This document shows, piece after piece, positions 9,701-17,400 of a DNA stretch of 21,544 nt; within the stretch, counting starts at the first letter, position 1; each line of letters starts with the position of its first letter. The translations under genes were made by a program, and so were the position numbers. The notes under the pieces are model-generated. The model was not told the origin of the DNA. It saw only the letters and a program-made list of their open reading frames with translations, and ran no database searches. Where the stretch lies: positions 1-21,544 of the forward strand of contig JBAXKC010000043.1 of the NCBI GenBank assembly GCA_037137535.1, given 5' to 3'. This stretch comes from a bacterium. Its GTDB lineage: Bacteria; Cyanobacteriota; Vampirovibrionia; Gastranaerophilales; JBAXKC01.

Positions 9701-10282
9701 TGCGAATAAGGCTGAAATAATATAAATAAAACCGTTTAGGAATAAGCCGTTAGCTAAGCCTATTTTGTTGATATAAATTCCTGAGATTATCGCTCCTAAA
9801 AGGATTGCGATAGTTGCTGTTCCAGAATTTAAAGCATTGGCTAATTGTAAATGTTCTGATTTTACAATGTTTGGCAGGGTACTTTGTTTTGCAGGATAAT
9901 AAAAAGCAGAACCGATTCCCATTAAAAATGAAAACCCGTATATTGAAAAATTGGTATCTGCGATTATAATGGTATTTTTGAATAAAAAGGCAGGAATAAT
10001 AAAGACTAGAAGGGCCCTATAGGCATTACTGCACACCATAATCCATTTGCGGGAAAATCTGTCGGCAATACCCCCCGCTAAAGGACTTAGTAAGAGAGAA
10101 GGCAACATGAAGAAAAACAGAATTTTTGCCATTTCAGAACCGGCTTTTTGTGAAAAGCTTATCACCCAACTCATTAAAGCAATTTGAATAATGGAATCTC
10201 CTAAATAAGAGCAAATTTGCCCCAGCCATAATTTAAGAAATTCTTTGTTTTTAAATAAATTCGTAAATTTAATCTGCTTCAC
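6776..10282 (-). CDS. Three-domain fusion, 1168 aa: MFS transporter + PlsC-type lysophospholipid acyltransferase + AMP-forming long-chain acyl-CoA/ACP synthetase (LplT/Aas-like lipid salvage)
   Basis: GTG start with AGGAG at 10291-10295. MFS motif A is GGIADRFSRK. Acyltransferase motifs are NHTGWID (HX4D) and IFPEG. Adenylation motifs are YTSGTTGNPKG, GYGLTE, GWFHTGD, ITGRIK and LPKTATRKVKR. Confidence 0.92.
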   Translation of the reverse strand: MKQIKFTNLFKNKEFLKLWLGQICSYLGDSIIQIALMSWVISFSQKAGSEMAKILFFFMLPSLLLSPLAGGIADRFSRKWIMVCSNAYRALLVFIIPAFLFKNTIIIADTNFSIYGFSFLMGIGSAFYYPAKQSTLPNIVKSEHLQLANALNSGTATIAILLGAIISGIYINKIGLANGLFLNGFIYIISALFASLLKLGKHTTICVGKCIYNTVFKDFGFTLAYLKKHKKTLRLILLSVALSLITASFFNSMNALATDYFKIGISGVSKLKGMLGVGMILGTLITLYLSKYIRISYLLAGSFLAIFLTTATAQLVKTYSMAWGWLVLIGIANSIILITLDTILQKVTPDRLRGKIFGFRSTVTTGAFLATMWIVSEVLTIKSPINVFKSVSALSFSMALIVLLFDSPFRHFLVRTTFGSIFRVFFPIKIEGREHLKTSGKMILAGNHTGWIDTLILQVACKRPIWFITGEVAFNLPVIRLIINYFNVIAIKPRKGVEALDVAVKKLLKGEVLCIFPEGKLTTDGKLNKFNKGVAYMAKNSNTPIVPFVIHGGFEAWAYNKLFPTFKKITIQFGQPIYNLEDNVVDELKDRVQFMKDSIERKEKIKAAKTDYENVLDLMQFKGDIHGPVKALSLKDKDSWKELSYIELSRQAKNFANYLIANGLERNDKIAILSESRPEWGIALFASIQTGAITVPLDIKLTNAELISILSDCLPKILCVSAHYIETAKELQKNIPSIENIFVIEEKPQSCEFRSVYELKAPQGDIGRDRTLDETALIIYTSGTTGNPKGVMITFGNIIAQLKDFESVFKINSNDSLVSILPLNHLLELNVGFLGMLYMGARVSYCKSLNPKEIGKVMKERQATYMIVVPLFVKMLKNSVEKEIRKSDKTAQNLFEFMYKIAKYMPIHIRRIMFKKVIAGFGGKLKGFVCGGAPLETEVGEFFERIGIPIYQGYGLTETSPSITTNTPEDNRIGSVGKPLPSVIIRLSEEGEILTKGPNLMKGYYNNPQMTAEVIDEEGWFHTGDIGEFDKDGFLYITGRIKNMIVLGGGKKIFPEEVEATLSKNELIKELCVMSVKIKGGAKDGTEEVCAVIVPSDDLVKQYQHNPKELEKIITSEVNKQAKAELASYKCPTVITVNLEELPKTATRKVKRKEVEKWYYQRLNNVGA

Positions 10283-10332
10283 TTTTTGTTCTCCTAATAA
10301 ATTATGTTATCGTTTTTTCTATTCTTATTTTC

Positions 10333-11058
10333 TTAGAACTGTTCAAGCCAATTATTACAGACATTTATAAATGTATCATGAGATTGAAGATATAAATCTT
10401 CGGCATGACAATTATTCTTAAAAATATTTAGTGACTTTGATTGACAAGCTTTATTATATAGTTTTTCTGCATGCCATGGATATACAGTAGGGTCTATTTC
10501 ACCTGCAAGAAATAAAATTGGAATAGGAGCTATATCTTGAACTATATTAATTGGCTTAATCTTTTTTAAAAATGGATTGTCAACTCTTATGCTAAGAGCG
10601 TTTTTAAATTCGAATTTCTGGAACGTAGGGATAAATGCTTCAGGTTTATACCAATGATTTTCAATTTTATCAAAGTCGCAAGGGGTGCTTACAGTTATAA
10701 GCATTTGAATATCCTTATGTTTTGCAGTATGAATAATTGCAGTAGCTCCACCCATCGAAAATCCAATGATTCCAACCTTTGAGTACTTGTTTTTTGCATA
10801 ATCAACAACCGTTTTTAAATCCATAGCTTCTTTTGCGGAAAAAGTAAATCGCCCCGAACTTTTTCCATGTCCTCTAAAATCCATAGTGATGACATCATAA
10901 TGGACAGCGAAATCTTTTGCCATTGACTTAAATGGCTTAGAATCTTTTGTCATAGCCCAGCCTGGGCAAATTATAATTACAATATCTTTTCCTTCTTTAT
11001 AATGATTAATTGCAATTTTGATATTGTCTTCAGTTTTTAAAAATAGCTCTTCCATCAT
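10333..11058 (-). CDS. Alpha/beta-fold hydrolase (possible esterase/lysophospholipase), 241 aa
   Basis: DFRGHGKS, nucleophile elbow GFSMGG, candidate catalytic Asp in GEIDPTV and His in NNCHAE. AAGGA lies upstream. Confidence 0.88.
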   Translation of the reverse strand: MMEELFLKTEDNIKIAINHYKEGKDIVIIICPGWAMTKDSKPFKSMAKDFAVHYDVITMDFRGHGKSSGRFTFSAKEAMDLKTVVDYAKNKYSKVGIIGFSMGGATAIIHTAKHKDIQMLITVSTPCDFDKIENHWYKPEAFIPTFQKFEFKNALSIRVDNPFLKKIKPINIVQDIAPIPILFLAGEIDPTVYPWHAEKLYNKACQSKSLNIFKNNCHAEDLYLQSHDTFINVCNNWLEQF

Positions 11059-11113
11059 TATTTCTTGTCCTTATATTGAGAATTGAGAAAATTAATTGAA
11101 TATGTTTCTTGTT

Positions 11114-11866
11114 TTAATCTTTATTCAAGTATTGATATAAATGAATTTGAGCTTCTTTTGTTATTGCATTTCCATTTTTATCAATAGTGTAAGTTTGATT
11201 GTTGTTTTCAGTTGTAATAGAAAATTCCATATTTCTCTCTGTTTTTCCTGTGTCAAATAGATTTAAAGCGAATGTTTTATTTGGCGCTATTTTAAGCGGG
11301 AATTTAGAGAGTTTAAACTTGTTTGCTTCGTTTATTGCTATTAAGTCTCTTGCAGGAAGAGAAACAGCTAAATATGGAACTGAAATAAGACTAAGGCTTG
11401 ACTCTTTCATTAAATTTAAGGATTTATGAGAGGTATTTGGTATTGAATCAAGATAAAGTTTATCTTTGCTGATTAAATAAGAGGTTCCATAAAAAACTGT
11501 ACCAGGTATAGTAACAGTAAATCCTATTGCGCCAATCGCCAATCCAATCGGTGCTACTATAAGTTCGCCTGTTTTTGAGAAAATATCCAAGGCTCTGTTT
11601 TGCTGTTTTTGAACTATAAATTGATGAGGATTTTGAACACTTGATATTTGAGTAAGGTATATATTTTCTGAGGAAGTATTTTTGATTTTGTAAGTATAAG
11701 CATGGTTTTTCTCTTTTAGGTAGCTTTTTAAATTGTACTTTTCTTTTATAATTTCAAATGGTTTTGCTTGATAAGCGTTTTGAGTGATTAACTCTTCAGC
11801 ATAAGTGCAAGTCGCATTTGTTACTGTTGCTAAAAGTAATAAGGCAGTAGCAATTTTCTTTTTCAT
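11114..11866 (-). CDS. Hypothetical exported protein, 250 aa
   Basis: Strong RBS AAAAGGAG just upstream and signal peptide MKKKIATALLLLATVTNATCTYA. There is one internal Gly-rich hydrophobic segment (LIVAPIGLAIGAIGFTVTIPGTVF). No family was recognised. Confidence 0.75.
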   Translation of the reverse strand: MKKKIATALLLLATVTNATCTYAEELITQNAYQAKPFEIIKEKYNLKSYLKEKNHAYTYKIKNTSSENIYLTQISSVQNPHQFIVQKQQNRALDIFSKTGELIVAPIGLAIGAIGFTVTIPGTVFYGTSYLISKDKLYLDSIPNTSHKSLNLMKESSLSLISVPYLAVSLPARDLIAINEANKFKLSKFPLKIAPNKTFALNLFDTGKTERNMEFSITTENNNQTYTIDKNGNAITKEAQIHLYQYLNKD

Positions 11867-12067
11867 AATAATCTCCTTTTAAATAATAATTATCTTGTGT
11901 TACATATAAATTTCAAAAATTCAAACAAGTTCCTAAAAATTCGCATAAAAAAATCAGGATCGTTCTTTATTACACTTATAGACTCAGAGGTGAAATAAAA
12001 AATTTCCATAATAAAAGCTCCTTTCAATAATCAAAGGATTTTTAAAATTAGAATTTAGAGACCTTTT

Positions 12068-12541
12068 TTAGTTTTTATTTAATTTTTCAAACCATTTGCC
12101 AAGTATTTCAGAAATTTGTTTTAATTCTTGATTTTCTAGCAAGCCTGTTAATTCTTTTATTTTTTGAAGGTAAGAAGGCCATGCTTCGTCTAATAGTTCA
12201 GAGCCTTTTTGCGTTATTTTTATTATATTTACTCTTCTGTCGCCTTTTTGGGCTTCACGAATAATAAGATTTTCTTTTGTTAACCTGTCGAGCAGTTTTG
12301 TCATGTTAGAGGCAGTTACAATAAGCTTTTTACCTATTTCTACCTGACTTAAGCCGTCATCTCCGCCCTGATGTTTAATTATCATAAGTGCATTAAATTT
12401 GGCTGTGCTAAGATTATAAGGTTTCAAGATTTCTTCCACTTCTTTTTCAATCAATGAAAAAACAGCAGCCATTCCATATACAGTATTTTCTGCATAATTA
12501 TCATTTTCAAAATCAATGCCAAAAGGTTTAACTTTTTCCAT
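12068..12541 (-). CDS. MarR-family transcriptional regulator, 157 aa
   Basis: LKPYNLSTAKFNALMII, LSQVEIG, TASNMTKLLDRL and wing motif GDRRVNIIKITQKG. AGGAG at 12550-12554. Confidence 0.93.
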   Translation of the reverse strand: MEKVKPFGIDFENDNYAENTVYGMAAVFSLIEKEVEEILKPYNLSTAKFNALMIIKHQGGDDGLSQVEIGKKLIVTASNMTKLLDRLTKENLIIREAQKGDRRVNIIKITQKGSELLDEAWPSYLQKIKELTGLLENQELKQISEILGKWFEKLNKN

Positions 12542-12565
12542 AAATAATGCTCCTTTATTAACTAT

Positions 12566-12594
12566 AGTTTATATGCGAATAGTTTCCATGTCAA
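12566..12594 (-). promoter_or_regulatory. Sigma70-type promoter of the marR gene
   Basis: On the minus strand, perfect TTGACA (12594-12589), a 17-nt spacer and TAAACT (12571-12566), just upstream of the marR RBS. Confidence 0.7.
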
Positions 12595-12612
12595 GTATTA
12601 AAGTGGAAACTA
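12580..12612. promoter_or_regulatory. Candidate MarR operator (inverted repeat)
   Basis: TAGTTTCCA (12580-12588) and its exact reverse complement TGGAAACTA (12604-12612) flank the -35 box. The related palindrome AACTATAGTT (12560-12569) overlaps the -10. Confidence 0.55.
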
Positions 12613-12668
12613 ATATATTCTTAATAAGTGAGTTATAATTGAAAATAATAAAAAAACGGATAAATTAT

Positions 12669-14153
12669 ATGGCTATTAAAGGTTTTGCCTCTTCAATCAG
12701 TACAAAAAACTTTTCGGAACAATATAAAGAATTTAATTTTAATCTTTTGGGAAAAACTGACTTATCAGTTACGTCAGTAGGTTTTGGGAGTTATAGAATT
12801 GATATTAGGTCTGATATAAACAAAAAATCACTTAAACAGGCACTTTTATCCGGAATTAACCTCATTGATACAAGCTCTACATATACAAACGGAAATTCTG
12901 AACTTCTTATAGGCAAAGTATTAAAAGAATTAACAGATTCTAATGATTTATTAAGAGAAAATCTTGTAATAGTTACTAAAGGCGGATATTTGCAAGGTCA
13001 TAACTATGATTTAAGCCAAAAACTAAAAAAAGAAAATAATGCTTTTCCTGATTTAGTTGAATATCAAAAAGGTTTAGAGCATTGTCTCCATCCTGAATTT
13101 TTAGAAGATCAGATAAATAGAAGTCTGGAAAGATTGGGGATTGAAACTATTGATGTTTATTTACTCCATAATCCCGAATATTATCTTAAATGGGCGGAAA
13201 AAAAGAACATAGATTTAATTCTTGCCAGAAAAGAGTATTATTCAAGAATTAAAAAGGCTTTTGAATATTTGGAAAAAGAAGTTCAAAAGGGAAGAATTAA
13301 GAATTACGGGATTAGTTCTAATACTTTTCCTGCTGATTCTAATGATTATAGTTTTACTTCTTTAGATACTGTTATTAAAATTGCTGAGGAAATCGCTGAA
13401 AATAATCATTTCAGCATTATAGAATTTCCGATGAATTTAGCGGAAACGGCTGCTTCTAGGCAAATAAATCAATCAAATAATATGACATTGCTTCAAGTAG
13501 CCGAAGCTAAAAATTTAGGTGTTTTAATTAATCGACCGTTAAATGCTTTTCATAACAATAAACTTATTAATTTAGCCGAGCCTGTCATTATTAATGAAGC
13601 TCCCAGCGTAGAATTTATCAATAATACGCTAGAAAATATAGATAAACTGGAACAATTAATCTCTCAAAAAGTATATGAAAATAATGCATTTTTGTTAGAA
13701 ATAGAAAAATATCTGTTTGTTTTTAATGAATTACAATTTAGTTGGCTAGATATAAATAATATTTCAAATTGGCAATCAGCCTTAAATCAATATTTTTTGC
13801 CAAGATTTTATTATTCTAAAAATATGATTAAAAAGAGTGCTTTAAAAAATAAAGAATCGGAAAATAGATTAATAGCTGAAATAGATAAATTATTTGAGCT
13901 TATCTCTTCTTATTTTAATAATGAACATTTGCAATTAATAATAAGGATAAAAGAAAACATAGTTAAGCAGCTACCCGAATTATCCTCAAGAAAAAATTTA
14001 AGTAGTATGGCAATCTGTTCATTAAGATCAACTGACGGAATAACGGCAGTATTGGTTGGAATGACTCAACTTTCTTATGTTGAAGATGTTATTAAAGAGT
14101 TACAATTATCGCCTATTAAGGATATTGATTGGATAAAAGTTGAAATTGATTAA
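12669..14153 (+). CDS. Aldo/keto reductase family protein, 494 aa, long form with an inserted helical segment
   Basis: LGKTDLSVTSVGFG, with the catalytic tetrad in IDTSSTY (D,Y), IVTKGG (K) and YLLHNPE (H). Also SLERLGIETID and AVLVGM. ATG 12669 (ACGGA upstream) is preferred over the ORF-track TTG 12639, which overlaps a TATAAT at 12634-12639. Confidence 0.9.
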   Translation: MAIKGFASSISTKNFSEQYKEFNFNLLGKTDLSVTSVGFGSYRIDIRSDINKKSLKQALLSGINLIDTSSTYTNGNSELLIGKVLKELTDSNDLLRENLVIVTKGGYLQGHNYDLSQKLKKENNAFPDLVEYQKGLEHCLHPEFLEDQINRSLERLGIETIDVYLLHNPEYYLKWAEKKNIDLILARKEYYSRIKKAFEYLEKEVQKGRIKNYGISSNTFPADSNDYSFTSLDTVIKIAEEIAENNHFSIIEFPMNLAETAASRQINQSNNMTLLQVAEAKNLGVLINRPLNAFHNNKLINLAEPVIINEAPSVEFINNTLENIDKLEQLISQKVYENNAFLLEIEKYLFVFNELQFSWLDINNISNWQSALNQYFLPRFYYSKNMIKKSALKNKESENRLIAEIDKLFELISSYFNNEHLQLIIRIKENIVKQLPELSSRKNLSSMAICSLRSTDGITAVLVGMTQLSYVEDVIKELQLSPIKDIDWIKVEID

Positions 14154-14468
14154 TTTATCCACAAACAGGAACAAATGTATTATTAATCTTTATTAGTATT
14201 TATAAAAACTAGAATGAGAATTTAATATTAAATTATATGTAAATAATGAAAAATATATTTGTAATTATTAACAGCTCTTAATAAATTGCAAATAGGCTTT
14301 TTAGTGAAAATTTAAGCTATATAAACGTTTTCATGCGTATTGCCTGATTTTAATTGCCTATACTATTTAGTGGTTGCTGTTACGGTTGTAGTTATGGTAG
14401 ACTGCCACAGATGGATGAATAGTCCAAAGTATTATCGGTAAAGCAATAAACTATTTAGGAGATTAAAG

Positions 14469-17400
14469 ATGCCAGTTAATTTGTATGAAAACGAGAATCC
14501 TTCAGTTTATAAATATACTTATGAATATGGAAGATTTAATGAACTTTTAAGTGAGAAAGAATACAGCTTAGATGGATCTACTTTAATCTCAGAATCTAAA
14601 TACACATATAATTATAATGCAGATAATACTTTGGTTTTAGTTGAAGCACACAAAGATATTTATAATGATGATATTAAAACAGCAGTAATCAAATATGAAT
14701 ATAATGAAAGTGGAGATGCAGTTACTAAGGAATCTTATTTTAATTGTGATCCTAAATTAGGGTTATTACCTACTTATATTAAGCATTTGGACGAAAATGG
14801 AAATGTAATTTCTTCAGAATATCTTAGTAATCGCTTTGACGAAAACGGAAATATAATTTCTTCTACAATGTACGATAATTTAGAGCTTTTAGCTAATTCT
14901 GAATTAATGGGAAATGTTAAAGATATAGCAACTGCCGGTTTAGCGGCAGCAGTTTCAGCTGAAGATTTAACTCATACAGCTTTAGAAAATGCTACAACTG
15001 CTAAAAATAATGCTATTGCTACTGCTGCCGCTACACAAACAGCTTTAGAAAATGCTACAACTGCTAAAAGTGAAGCTATTGCTGAAGCAGCTACGACGCA
15101 AACAGCTTTAGAAAATGCTACCTCTGCTCTTGCGACAGCAACTTCAAATGCAACAGCAACTGAAACGGCGAAAATTAATGCTACAACTGCAAGAACTAAT
15201 GCAATTGAAGCGGCAGCAATTACGCAAACCGCTTTGGATAATGCAACAACTGCGAAAACAAATGCTATTGCTGCCGCTTCAGTTACCCAAACCGCTTTAG
15301 ATAATGCTAGCTCTGCTCTTGCAACAGCAATTGCAAATGCAACAGCAACTGAAACTGCGAAAAATAATGCTACAACTGCAAGAACTAATGCAATTGCTGC
15401 TGCTGCAATTACACAAACAGCGTTAGATAATGCTACCTCTGCTCTTACATCTGCAACTTCAAATGCAACAACAACACAAACAGCATTGGATAGTGCCACA
15501 ACTGATAAAAACAATGCTATTGCTGCTGCTGCAGTTACACAAACAGCTTTAGAAAATGCTGCCACTGTTAAAAATAACGCTATAGCTGCCGCTGCAGTTA
15601 CGCAAATCACTTTAGAAAATGCTGCCTCTGCTCTTGCAACAGCAATTGCGAATGCAACAGCAACTGAAACTGCGAAAACTAATGCTAATACTGCAAGAGA
15701 TAATGCTATTGCTGATGCTGCAATTACGCAAACAGCTTTAGATAATGCTACATCTGCTCTTGCAACAGCAACGTCAAATGCAACAGCAACTGAAACTGCG
15801 AAAATTAATGCTACCACTGCGAAAATTAATGCTATTTCTGCTGCTGCAATTACGCAAACAGCTTTGGATAATGCAACAACCGATAAAACTAATGCTATTA
15901 CTGCCGCTGCAGTAACCCAAACAGCTTTAGATAATGCTACCTCTGCTCTTGCAACAGCAACTTCAAATGCGACAGCAACTGAAACTGCGAAAACTAATGC
16001 AACAACTGCAAGAACTAATGCTATCGCTGCTGCCGCAGTTACGCAAACCGCTTTAGATAATGCTGTCTCTGCTCTTGCAACAGCAACGTCAGATGCAACA
16101 GCAACTGAAACTGCGAAAATTAATGCTACTACTGCAAGAACTAACGCAATTGCTGCCGCCGCAGTTACTCAAACCGCTTTGGATAATGCTATAACTGCTA
16201 AAAACAATGCAATAGCTGATGCCGCAGTTACTCAAACAGCTTTAGATAATGCTACATCTGCTTTAGCTTCAGCTGTTACAAATGCCGGAACTACTCAAAC
16301 TGCATTAGATAATGCTACTACTGCTAAAAGCAACGCTATTACAGCTGCAGCTACTGCCGCTTTGGCTCTTACGAACGATGCTACTAATATATCGCTTATT
16401 GCTGCTAAACAAGCGGCAGATGCACTTGTAGTAACAAAAACAAATGAATTAGATGCCCTCAGAACACCGGAATACCTTGCGGCTCTTGCCTTAAAAGAAG
16501 AAGCTGTTGCAGCTGCAGTAATAACAAATAATGCATTAGTTGCAGCAACATCAGCTCATGATGCTGCTGTCGCGGCAGCCGCAGCTACTCAAACAGCCTT
16601 AAATAATGCAACAACTACATGGGGTAATGCCGTAACAGCAGCAGCACTTACAGAAACAGCTAAAATTAACGCTGCAACTGCATTAAGTGATGCCGTAACA
16701 GCAGCAGGAATAACAGAAACAGCTAAAACTAATGCCACAACTGCATTAAGTGATGCCGTAACAGCGGCAGGAATAACAGAAACAATTAAAACTAATGCCA
16801 CAACTGCTCGTGACACAGCTGTTACTGCTGCGGCATTAACTGAAACAGCGAAAACTAATGCTGTAAATGTCTGGAATGATGCTGTAGCAGCTGCAGTAGC
16901 CACTCAAACAGCAAAAGATAATGCTGTTACTGCCTTATCAACTGCAAACACAAATGCTGCAACTGCATTAACAGCAATGAATAATGCCACAACTTTATTA
17001 AATAATGCAATTGCTGCTGCCAATAACACTGAAGCTTCAAAAGTTGCAGCAACAAATGCAAAAGTAACTGCAGTTGCAAATGCTGCAACTGCATTAGCAG
17101 CAAAAAATGCTGCAACTACTGCAAAAGCTGATGCAGTTGCAGCAGCTGTAATCACTCAAAATGCTGTAAATACTGCAACTACTGCAAAATCAGATGCAGA
17201 AGCAGCCGCCGCATTAACTCAAGCAGATGTAGACGTTGCTTCGTTAGCCTGGAACAATGCTGTAACTGGTGCAGCAACGGCCGCAAGTAATCTTGCTGAT
17301 GATCCTTCAAATGTAACTCTTCAAACGGCAAAGGATAATGCTGATGCTTTAGTTGTCTCTACATTAGCGACTTTAACAAATGCAACAACCATTGATGATG

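Noticed and set aside
608-11429. Small + strand ORFs at 608-940, 1045-1266, 2408-2812, 2514-2705, 4134-4427, 6270-6464 and 11199-11429
   Set aside because: They lie antisense within well-supported genes and have no recognisable motifs.
12012-12042. Small hairpin TCCTTT/AAAGGA after marR as a terminator
   Set aside because: It is only a 6-bp AT-rich stem with an 8-nt loop, too weak to call.
14155-14163. Perfect DnaA box TTATCCACA just after the reductase stop
   Set aside because: I noticed only a single copy, with no cluster or dnaA/oriC context, so it is compatible with chance in AT-rich DNA.
14970-16355. Frequent N-A-T triplets as N-glycosylation sites
   Set aside because: They generally lack the acidic residue at -2 of the bacterial PglB sequon (D/E-x-N-x-S/T) and are expected from the repeat composition.
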